A stretch of DNA of 64,000 nt from Cyanophora paradoxa CCMP329 (Eukaryota > Plantae > Glaucophyta), in NCBI GenBank assembly GCA_004431415.1, contig QPMI01000563.1:163627-227626 (forward strand), in the 5' to 3' direction. Every line of letters starts with the position of its first letter. Within the stretch, counting starts at the first letter, position 1. Shown one piece after another: positions 1 to 8,511 of the stretch. Under the pieces are notes generated by a model. That model was given only the letters and a program-made list of their open reading frames with translations. It was not told the DNA's origin and did not search any database. Made by a program: the position numbers and the translations under genes.

Positions 1-291
1 AGATCGCTTCCATAGCTTATCTCTCATCTCTCTTACAACAGTTTCCGCCTCAGCATAGTTATCAGCAATGTTCTCCTTCAAATCAGCGAATTTATCCAGG
101 TCCAGGTAAACTCTGGTCACTTGCTCAGGTTGAATGCATTCAGCCCAGGTCTTAACCTTGCTATTATCAATAGCTTCAAGGGCATCTTCGGCGGAATCAA
201 ATACATGGGTGACCTTGTTGCGATCACCAATGAGAGTACTAAGGAATGTAGCATTTTCAACAGGGGTGGCGAATTTCTCGATTTTGTTCAT
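1..291 (-). CDS. N-terminal part of an AEP-type primase(-helicase), runs off window
   Basis: Manual translation from ATG at 291: MNKIEKF...AECIQPEQVTRVYLDLDKF... has an E-x-I...hhhDhD AEP motif I. It occupies the same position as the primase-helicase of element B. Not in the ORF track. Confidence 0.65.
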   Translation of the reverse strand, partial: MNKIEKFATPVENATFLSTLIGDRNKVTHVFDSAEDALEAIDNSKVKTWAECIQPEQVTRVYLDLDKFADLKENIADNYAEAETVVREMRDKLWKRS

Positions 292-508
292 TTTCGATTT
301 TGGGGACTTCTACCTTTAACGAAGAAAATAATTTCGGAAGGAGGAATTGTCTTTTATATATATCCTATTATTTGCCAAGTCCTTAAGTAGTTTTGGGTCG
401 GGATACTGTCTCGATATATAGGTACAGTTTTAAAAAAGAGGGAAGAAAGCTGTCATTTTTTTGCCTCCGATCAAATCGATTTCTACAAAATTTGTTTCGA
501 TCGAGAAT

Positions 509-835
509 TTATTCTTCGATATATTTCCGAGGTCTTCCAACCGGTTTATGCTCTTTGGGTTTCTTGGGCTGTTCATCTTTCTTCTTGTGGTAATATTCCA
601 GCGCTTTTGCCTTTTTCTGCTCGCGATATTCTTCATTTTCCCTGTATTTCCTCTGGTGTCTGAGGGCAATCTTTTTGAGTTCTTCTGGTGTGTGAACTGT
701 AGCGGCTCCTTGGGATAATCGTTCCTCTTTCTTTTTATGATAGGCTTCGCGTTTTCTTTGGGCATCTTGCTCCCTTTTCAGTCTCAGCTTCTCTGCTTTT
801 TCATCATCTGTGAGTATCTTGCGGATATTCGGCAT
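509..835 (-). CDS. Small basic protein with C-terminal AT-hook-like motif
   Basis: KPVGRPRKY. Shares the EYRE..K.KAL.YY.RK motif with 1394-1639 and 49359-49586. Confidence 0.65.
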   Translation of the reverse strand: MPNIRKILTDDEKAEKLRLKREQDAQRKREAYHKKKEERLSQGAATVHTPEELKKIALRHQRKYRENEEYREQKKAKALEYYHKKKDEQPKKPKEHKPVGRPRKYIEE

Positions 836-1004
836 TTCTCTTTAATAGTAGATACGAAAATAATTTTTCCTCAATACAACCTATCTACTTTTTCCTTAAG
901 TCATTTTTTGTTGCGAACACCAGTTCCTGTCTATAAACTGTGGCAACAAAAAATGATTAGGTGAAAGCAGCTTGATATTTATCAGATATAATTACAGATC
1001 AGTA

Positions 1005-1313
1005 ATGGCTGCTCGAACTGCAAGAGGAATTCTGTTTGACAAGTTGGAGAAAAATCCTATTGTGAATGGACATAAGGGATTGGTAGATGCTATGGTCGAA
1101 AGTAGTCTTCAATCAAAAGGGATAAACATCAATCATACAGACAACACAAGAACCAAACAGTTTCGACAGAAATTGGAGAAAGACATATTGACAATGACAC
1201 TTGATCCAAACTACATGCCTTCGATTGGTAAAAAGAATCATTCAGGCTCTGCCACAAGAAAGCGACTTTTAACCAAATTGATGAATCGTTCTATTGCAGC
1301 CACTAGCGATTAA
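1005..1313 (+). CDS. Hypothetical protein (element A only)
   Basis: Open frame from ATG 1005 (MAARTARG...) with viral base composition. No recognisable motif. Confidence 0.45.
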   Translation: MAARTARGILFDKLEKNPIVNGHKGLVDAMVESSLQSKGININHTDNTRTKQFRQKLEKDILTMTLDPNYMPSIGKKNHSGSATRKRLLTKLMNRSIAATSD

Positions 1314-1393
1314 CCAATGAAGCCACTAACTCCTGTGTATATATTTTTATAGCTGCCTCAGTGGCATACTGAGACCGCTTTTTCTCAATTATC

Positions 1394-1639
1394 TTATAGA
1401 CCTGGGGGTCCATTGCTACTATCAGTAGGCAAATAATATTTAATCGGTCTCCCTCTGGGTCTCTGCTCCTCTTTTTTGGCTTTTCTGCGATAATAGGATG
1501 CCAGGGCTTGCTGCTTTTTATACTCTCTATATTCTGGGTCCTCTCTATATCGTTTCTGCATTGCTAGAATGTGTCTAATAGAACCCTCAGTAACAGGTTC
1601 ATCACTGGTAAACTCGATTAAACTAATAGTGTCCTCCAT
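1394..1639 (-). CDS. Small basic AT-hook-like protein, paralogue of 509-835
   Basis: YREDPEYREYKKQQALASYYRRK...RPRGRPIKY. Confidence 0.6.
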   Translation of the reverse strand: MEDTISLIEFTSDEPVTEGSIRHILAMQKRYREDPEYREYKKQQALASYYRRKAKKEEQRPRGRPIKYYLPTDSSNGPPGL

Positions 1640-1895
1640 TTATATTCCCAGAGAAAACGTTTTCTGCTGGCAGAGAACTTCTCCTTGGATACTCCTGTTG
1701 CTCATATGTATACTCTGTGGGGTCTGCTGGCATTGATTCCACTGAAACTGTTGACCTCCTTCTTTCTCTTGCCTCAGATACATTATCCTCAGTATCTGAC
1801 ATCTCAAACTCTATTGTTGTGTCACAGCATCCACTGTGGCAATTGCTCACCACATGCAGACTGAGCATCTCAATAAACTTTCGTATTATATCCAT
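1623..1895 (-). CDS. Conserved small Cys-containing hypothetical protein
   Basis: SNCHSGCC motif conserved with 49788-50021 in element B. Confidence 0.65.
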   Translation of the reverse strand: MDIIRKFIEMLSLHVVSNCHSGCCDTTIEFEMSDTEDNVSEARERRRSTVSVESMPADPTEYTYEQQEYPRRSSLPAENVFSGNINGGHY

Positions 1896-1917
1896 GTCTC
1901 TAATAAAACAGAGAAAA

Positions 1918-2652
1918 TTAAAGCCAAACTCGTCTTTTATATACTGTGGGAGCTACTCCCTTTTCTACTTCAGCTTTAGTGGCACCAGGTTCAATGGTTC
2001 CCTTCTGGGTCTTTGTTTTCATTTCATCTACTGCCTGCTCATCGATTTGGGTCTCTTTCTTAGCAATAAACTGTTTATCTGGGACACCAGTAATGCCCAT
2101 TTTATAAACTTCCTTTCGAAGCATCTCCTTTAGCTTGGCTCTCTCTTTCTTCTCAGTAACATACTGCTCCAAGGCACTTGATTTGGCTTCCAGGTCTTTG
2201 AGTTTAGCAGTCATCTCATCCCATTGAGCCTTGGGAATTCGATGAATATTTTGAGTGGGAGCAGTCTTATATGTGACTTCACCAGCCATGGACTGGATTA
2301 CCTTGTCTGATTCCTTACTTAGACCTTCACCTTTGCGAGCCAGTGATAGATCTTGCAAGCCTAAACCTTTATCATCAGCAGCACCAATAATTCGCCTGGC
2401 TCCCTCAGCAACAGCCTTCATCTTTGAGGCTTCAGGTGAAATGTTGAGTTGGTCACTGGTTGAAGCCTGTGGGGCTTTGTCATCAAATGATTCCTCATAG
2501 GCAGCATTGAGGGGGTCTTCTTGTTGTTGTGAGGGCTTTACCTCATTCATACCATTGAATTTCAGTGGGTCTGTGTTAATGGATCCACTGTTTCCACCTC
2601 CTGAATAGCCAACAGCCCCAGCTGGGATCCCTATCTTTCGTTTGGGAGGCAT
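1918..2652 (-). CDS. Conserved Lys/Glu-rich hypothetical protein (possible core/structural protein)
   Basis: 244-aa ORF directly downstream of the ATPase, strongly conserved with 50049-50779. Confidence 0.75.
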   Translation of the reverse strand: MPPKRKIGIPAGAVGYSGGGNSGSINTDPLKFNGMNEVKPSQQQEDPLNAAYEESFDDKAPQASTSDQLNISPEASKMKAVAEGARRIIGAADDKGLGLQDLSLARKGEGLSKESDKVIQSMAGEVTYKTAPTQNIHRIPKAQWDEMTAKLKDLEAKSSALEQYVTEKKERAKLKEMLRKEVYKMGITGVPDKQFIAKKETQIDEQAVDEMKTKTQKGTIEPGATKAEVEKGVAPTVYKRRVWL

Positions 2653-2680
2653 TGTATCTTTATTAGAATGAGAGATAATT

Positions 2681-3463
2681 TTATAAACCGCGTTTATATC
2701 GCATCAATTTGTTGCTATGGACTTGGCTTTTCACTTCTTTAGGGGCTTCCTCTTTCTCTGGAGGTTTCAGTTCGTCTTCTTTCTTTTTTGGCTTTCTGTG
2801 GAAGCGAGGAAATGGGAAATCTTTCACAAGCTCAGCTTTATCTACATAGTATTTAACTGAGTAGTTTGCAGAGGACCAAATGATATACTGATAGGAGTGA
2901 ACATACTCTTCAAACATCTTGTAGAAATCCTCTTTATTTCGCATTATATTGTATTCTTCCTCTATGGCTTCTAGTTCTTTGCGATTTGCAGCACTGAGAA
3001 ACATAGCATAGTCCGAATTAACTCGAATAGTCGAAGAGACTTTTCTTAGCTTTTGTGTGATGCAGATAATGGATATTTTCGAATGGCGACCTCTGGAATA
3101 CAGAGATCCGATTATTTTATCCCTTGTGAGATCGACTATCTCATTATCGATTAGATCATCTAAAACTACACATAACTGGTTAACAGGTTCACCTTTTTCT
3201 ATTTTCTCTTGCCTTTCATCTAGCAATTTAGCAATGTAAGGGGCATCCCATTTTCCCAGTTGCAATGTTGCAACTTTATCCCAGAAATGATTGAAGCTGG
3301 TTCCACTCACAACTAATACAACATCAATCTTTTTGGCATCATGCAACTGCTTCAACCAATACTTTACAGCTTCTGATTTACCAGTTGCTGATTTTCCTAT
3401 TGCCAATACACGAAATGGTGGTTCTATCATTTCACCAGCCACAAATTCATCCAGATCATTCAT
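2681..3463 (-). CDS. A32/FtsK-HerA-type genome packaging ATPase
   Basis: Walker A GKSATGKS, Walker B VVLDDL, and SRGRHSKISIICITQ (Arg-finger/Gln sensor) signature. Confidence 0.93.
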   Translation of the reverse strand: MNDLDEFVAGEMIEPPFRVLAIGKSATGKSEAVKYWLKQLHDAKKIDVVLVVSGTSFNHFWDKVATLQLGKWDAPYIAKLLDERQEKIEKGEPVNQLCVVLDDLIDNEIVDLTRDKIIGSLYSRGRHSKISIICITQKLRKVSSTIRVNSDYAMFLSAANRKELEAIEEEYNIMRNKEDFYKMFEEYVHSYQYIIWSSANYSVKYYVDKAELVKDFPFPRFHRKPKKKEDELKPPEKEEAPKEVKSQVHSNKLMRYKRGL

Positions 3464-3527
3464 TGTTGTATATCTTTCTAAATAAAGACAGATAAAAATA
3501 ATGCAGAGAGACTGAAAATGGTAACAT

Positions 3528-4896
3528 TTAAAGATTGATACGCCTTAAACCGTCCTTGTCCAAAATTATGAAACTATGCATTAGAGCGCGAACATTAACA
3601 TCGATTACCTTATCTGAAGGCATGTAGAGGGTGAGGAAGGAAGAAGAGGAATTTGTTAAATCAACATAACCAGACTGGGCAATATTTCGAATTGCCTTTT
3701 CTCCATCAAGGCAGAATGGGAGTCCTGAAAGGACATATTTATCAACAACCTTATCCATGTTAGAGCATTTGAAGGCATCAGCAATTAGCTCAGCACCTTT
3801 GAGCAGTGGAATTGGCTCAGTGGCATAAAGTCGCTGTCCATTAATTTCAACAGTGAAAGTAATATCTTTGGAGTTGGCATAGGTCTTAAGAACACTGTGG
3901 GAGCCATTGGATTTGTCAACAGTTGCATGATCACGAACTGAAACAAGCAGAGCATAAACCAGTCCAGAGATTTGAGAGAGGTTAATTCGATTGGGTTGGG
4001 CATTGCCCTTGGCAGAAAAAGCACTAGCATCTACAAATCCAATATCAAGGGAGGGAATAGCCATGCCAGTAGTCTTTACTTTTTCAATTACAGTAGCGAA
4101 AAGCTCATCAGAAACATTAATAGCATGCATGTAAAGGCGAGGAGAAGTAATAGAAATGACAGGGGTTGTTGCACCAAGAGTAAAGTCTGTGATGTTTTGA
4201 CCAACATTTGCCAGAACAGTTTCAGCAGGGGCAGTTCCAAGACCATCATCTTTTGAATAATCTACATCAGCTGCTGCAACAGTAAGACCACGACCACCAT
4301 AGGAAGTTTCAACATAACCCTTTCCAGCATCCTTAAACCAAACAGTAACAACCATTTCACCAGATAAAGCACCAAGGGAAGGTAGTGATTTAGCCAAGGC
4401 ACAGGAATTTCAACGAAAAATGAGCCACCAAGGCGGTTGGTTCCATGAGCAGGGATGCCATGAACCATGCCCATTGATCGCTTCTTTTTAGCTAGTTGAT
4501 CCTCCGAATAATAGACCAGGGGAAATGAGCAAGGAAATCAGATGGAATATGGTAGGTGTAAGATCCATAGGTAATTTCAAGTCGCTGAACTAAAGCACCA
4601 ACTGGGCGAGTGTATCCATTGCGAACTAGGTCAGTATCACCAGCAAAAGTGATGGCTGGAAGGTCGAAAGCAAGTTCGAGTTTTCCACAGAAATTGTAGC
4701 GAGGTAGCTTGAAGGAAATGCGATTTCCAACATTATTCTCAAAAGTATTGCTGGGATTCACAACAACTAGAACTGGCTTAGACTTGGATTCGAGACCAAG
4801 CATAAGGGAGTTATCCAGGAAAAAGGCTTTCGCCTCCTCTGGGGTTGTTAGGGCTTCTTTCAGCGAAAGTCTTTGAAGAGTGGAAGTGATATCCAT
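3528..4896 (-). CDS. Major capsid protein (putative double jelly-roll), two apparent 1-bp frameshifts
   Basis: About 456 aa once fragments 4492-4896, 4262-4474 and 3528-4397 are joined. Lies between ATPase and penton, has the ISFKLPR N-terminal pattern, and is among the most conserved genes versus element B. Confidence 0.78.
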
Positions 4897-4946
4897 TATA
4901 TTCTCTTTTATTATACTGCAACATAAAAAATCTACCAATGATCCTT
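4897..4946 (-). promoter_or_regulatory. Conserved non-coding block upstream of MCP (candidate late promoter)
   Basis: tttattatactgcaacataaaaaat..accaatgatcctt is almost identical upstream of MCP in both elements (also 53033-53073), whereas other intergenic regions have diverged. Confidence 0.5.
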
Positions 4947-4949
4947 AAT

Positions 4950-5960
4950 TTATGCGAAGCTTGTAATAACTGGATAGGAAGGGTGAAGCTGCGACATTCT
5001 CATCTTAAAGTATTCATAAACTGGGTCTCCTGCTGGCTCATCACCATAGCGAATTTCAAAGGTCAGATGAACAGGTTGACCCTCAAAATCAATTGGTTCA
5101 TTTACAGCATTAACAATATCAACCGAGAAAGTGGATAATCCAACCTTTTTGTTATAGTATTTATAAAGTGGATGAGCCTCTGTTGAATTGTAAACAACAT
5201 GCTCACCATAATCTTTGTCAGGAACCACTATTTTACGGAAGTAACCAGTCAGAAGACCATCCCCACATTGAACCAGATCACCCAGCTCCTTTACTCTCAC
5301 AAACAAAACACTGTCCCTGGTCTTCTCAGGCTCAAAAGAAGATATAATGCCATTCACTCGACCATCAGTAAAGATTCCATCAGTGAGAGCATCATAAACT
5401 TGGGATTTGATTGGGGAATTCCCATATCTTCCAGGATCAAGACCAAGCAGTCTAGCTGAACTCAATAGCTTTTGGATTGTTTGTTGGCTTGGGTTTACAG
5501 CAAGTGAGAAAGCCAGGTAAAAAGGCACTGCCGAGTGGAATATAATTCGTTTCAGTGACTCATCCCATTTGCAGCGAATGGATGGTTGGGGAGTTCTGCC
5601 AATGAATTTTGAGTTGATTACATTCACCAGCTGTTGGTGGCTTTGGATGGGGGTCTCGCGATTTACCATGAATTGTTTCCATTGTTCAAAATCAGCAGCT
5701 GGACGAGTTGTTGGAATTCCTGAGCTTCCAGCTCCAGGAGTTTGTTCAGAATAATAAATACTAAATGTGTTATCAACTGTTACATCTCCTGCTTTGGTTT
5801 CACCACTCACCATAGGGATGCTGTTATAAAATTCGGCTGAGACCAGTCTCACAGCCCTCACATTCTCATAAGTACTGGGGAGTCGAGCCACAAAGCTTGA
5901 TGTGGGACCATCACCAGAGATTGTATTAAATGAGCTAACCTCGATGTAATCCACAGGCAT
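4950..5960 (-). CDS. Minor capsid (penton-like) protein 1
   Basis: S.F..RLP..YENVRAVRLVSAEFYNS N-terminus and L..F.VDI.N...EPIDFEG...HLTFEI C-terminus, typical of PLV/NCLDV single jelly-roll pentons. Confidence 0.8.
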   Translation of the reverse strand: MPVDYIEVSSFNTISGDGPTSSFVARLPSTYENVRAVRLVSAEFYNSIPMVSGETKAGDVTVDNTFSIYYSEQTPGAGSSGIPTTRPAADFEQWKQFMVNRETPIQSHQQLVNVINSKFIGRTPQPSIRCKWDESLKRIIFHSAVPFYLAFSLAVNPSQQTIQKLLSSARLLGLDPGRYGNSPIKSQVYDALTDGIFTDGRVNGIISSFEPEKTRDSVLFVRVKELGDLVQCGDGLLTGYFRKIVVPDKDYGEHVVYNSTEAHPLYKYYNKKVGLSTFSVDIVNAVNEPIDFEGQPVHLTFEIRYGDEPAGDPVYEYFKMRMSQLHPSYPVITSFA

Positions 5961-5989
5961 TCTTCTTTTATCTATATTTATATATTAAA

Positions 5990-6922
5990 ATGAATCGACT
6001 TGTTAATATTGATAGCAGGGATAGAAGCCAAGGAGAATCTGAAAACTCTTACAGGGTCACCCTCACAACTCCAGTAGAGAGACCAAGGGAATGTAGGGTT
6101 CTTTATGCAGAGATTCCAAACAGTATCTATAACAGTGTGGGGACTGATCATTTAACAGTTGATTTTAACTACCAAGATGGTTCATACAATGAAATCATCA
6201 CACAGAAAGTGTATCCCCTTCCCAGTGGCTACATTAACCAGGGTCATTTTGGGGTAACACATCCCTATAATTATGGGCTGAACTATTCAGGCTACCAGAC
6301 CATTGCAGGTAAAACAGTGTTTTTTGAATTCAAGATATTCTACAATCCAACAACCTATAAAGTGGAGTTTTACAGTAACCATGAGTTCCGTTTTATTGCA
6401 AGCAACAAGCGAATCGGGAAGCTTTTGGGTGTAAGTTCTACTGAATACACCAATGGGTATTATAGCACTCCTCCTGTTGGTGGATCTCCATATCGACCTG
6501 AGAACCTTTTAAAGTATGATGGTAAACCTATTACACCTGATCACCCAGCATGGGGAATCACCTTCTCAGGACCCAGACTCTCCTCAAAGCCCTTGCAGTA
6601 TTATTTCACCAGTAATAAGATGTCTGATATGAATGCTGAGCAGTATCTGTACATGCATATTAAAGAGCTTGCCCCCTTTGCCAGCAGACACAATATAATT
6701 CCGAAATCGCAACCACATAACCAGGGAGCTATCCTTAGATTGCAATTGAGTAAAGATATAGGTGGCTATGTTTACCATAGTGGTGAGCATGCAGAATTTA
6801 TTCAAATCAATGACAGAAACCTGGTGATAAGGGAACTCACAGTTGAGTTTAAAGATTACTTTGGTGAACTGATTGATATGAATGGAATCGATAATTCTTT
6901 TCAGTTGGAGTTTATCGAATAA
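5990..6922 (+). CDS. Minor capsid (penton-like) protein 2
   Basis: NIDSRDRS...LYAEIPNS N-terminus and LTVEFKDYFGELIDMNGIDNSFQLEF C-terminus. Confidence 0.82.
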   Translation: MNRLVNIDSRDRSQGESENSYRVTLTTPVERPRECRVLYAEIPNSIYNSVGTDHLTVDFNYQDGSYNEIITQKVYPLPSGYINQGHFGVTHPYNYGLNYSGYQTIAGKTVFFEFKIFYNPTTYKVEFYSNHEFRFIASNKRIGKLLGVSSTEYTNGYYSTPPVGGSPYRPENLLKYDGKPITPDHPAWGITFSGPRLSSKPLQYYFTSNKMSDMNAEQYLYMHIKELAPFASRHNIIPKSQPHNQGAILRLQLSKDIGGYVYHSGEHAEFIQINDRNLVIRELTVEFKDYFGELIDMNGIDNSFQLEFIE

Positions 6923-8468
6923 AGGCACCTGTGAAATCAACTCTCATTGTGGGAGCATTCACATACACAAGGGGATAAATGCGAATATATTTGATTCTGA
7001 GAGAGAAACCTATGTAAAAAGCATCCTTGATGCTGAGAGGAAATCCACTCAATAGAGCCATATCACCAGAGTTGTGAGCATTGTTAATGTTCTCACAGAT
7101 ATATATTTTGTTCTGCCCATCTGATCGAATAAAAGACCAGTTGATCCCATCAGTGGATGTTGCCACATTGAAAGTCTTAATAAAAGCATTGGTGTCCCCT
7201 GATCCATAGGCAATCACAGAGGAGAGTTCAAAAGTATATGGAAAAGCAACTTGAAGGTATTCAGTGGGGGTTTCCCATATCTGTTCAGGAGCATACGCTC
7301 CAGCTTCCCAGCCAAATGCTGAAGGTCTAGCCATGAAAGGCTCTTTACCTGTCACAGAGGATGAGGCAGTAAAGGCATCATCTGCAAGCTGATACCAATT
7401 GGCATCCAAAGGAGGTGATGTAGTGAGAGTGGATGAGATGTAAGCCTTTGAGGGGTTCTTAAGTTCATAGTTTGCCACCAGCAAACTGCAAAGCTTATTA
7501 ATCATATCATTGTTTGCTGCTATGTAGGTTTCAGTGAAAGAAAGCATATCTGGGATCTTAGAAGTGTCATCCAGGGAGCTTACTATGTGATTTGGAAGAG
7601 GTACTGATAGCCTGTAATATCTCCCATAATCCTGATCATAGTTGTAGGGTAACAACTCCTCCATCTTATCAAGGGCAGAAAGCTCACTTGCAGCCATGAG
7701 CATGTTAATCAATGGGCTTCCATCTGTTGAGGCAATCCATGAGAGAATGCCCCAGCTGTTGACAGTCTCATAAGCATAACCCACATAATCAGACTCTAAA
7801 TGTGGGTCCACCTCTCCACAAGATATACTTATTACTATAATATCATCATCATCACTGTAAATTTTCTTTGCATGGCTGTAACCACACACACTGGGATTAT
7901 TGTTTCCAGAAATGGCACCATCAATGAGACAGACATATACTCCCCGATTGAAATCAACAATGCTTACAGGTGAAAAGTATGTAGGAGCAGCAGAAGTAGC
8001 CCTAGCAGCAATCTTACAGGGCATAAAGTTGTAATTGTTGTCATTTGTGATAAATATTGGTTTCATATTCTGAGTATCAAAGGATGTAATCACAATGTCC
8101 TTTAGGGAATCCTGTATTAGTGATTCACCAGTAACTGAATTGATTGCAGTCTCCAAGGGTCCCACATCATACTTTGTATTAAAAAGGGCATTTTCGATTA
8201 TATTTCGAGGATTTGCGAAAATCAAGGGCAGTTGAGTTAGGTAAATATTGTGTAAATCGTTTGCTGTCAGTTTAGGTTCACCTGGTTTATCAGGATGCCT
8301 GATGTTTAACCCAATAGCAATGATCCCACCAGTGGAAGTTCCACTCACAAGATCCACAAGATCGATTATTCTCCTGCCAGTTCGATTTTCGATTTCTTTT
8401 AGCAGCCTGGTTATGATAATGCCCCTTGCACCTCCCCCTGACAATGCTAAAACGACCTTGAGAGGCAT
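6912..8468 (-). CDS. Patatin-like phospholipase fused to a C-terminal discoidin (F5/8 type C) domain
   Basis: LSGGGARG, GTSTG, ARATSAAPTYF and DGA motifs. C-terminal FTASSS...EYLQV...STDGINWS...KYIRIYP...MRVDF. Confidence 0.92.
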   Translation of the reverse strand: MPLKVVLALSGGGARGIIITRLLKEIENRTGRRIIDLVDLVSGTSTGGIIAIGLNIRHPDKPGEPKLTANDLHNIYLTQLPLIFANPRNIIENALFNTKYDVGPLETAINSVTGESLIQDSLKDIVITSFDTQNMKPIFITNDNNYNFMPCKIAARATSAAPTYFSPVSIVDFNRGVYVCLIDGAISGNNNPSVCGYSHAKKIYSDDDDIIVISISCGEVDPHLESDYVGYAYETVNSWGILSWIASTDGSPLINMLMAASELSALDKMEELLPYNYDQDYGRYYRLSVPLPNHIVSSLDDTSKIPDMLSFTETYIAANNDMINKLCSLLVANYELKNPSKAYISSTLTTSPPLDANWYQLADDAFTASSSVTGKEPFMARPSAFGWEAGAYAPEQIWETPTEYLQVAFPYTFELSSVIAYGSGDTNAFIKTFNVATSTDGINWSFIRSDGQNKIYICENINNAHNSGDMALLSGFPLSIKDAFYIGFSLRIKYIRIYPLVYVNAPTMRVDFTGAFIR

Positions 8469-8511
8469 CTTTTACTTATCAGGAATTTTATAAATCCATA
8501 TAGTAAAAGCC

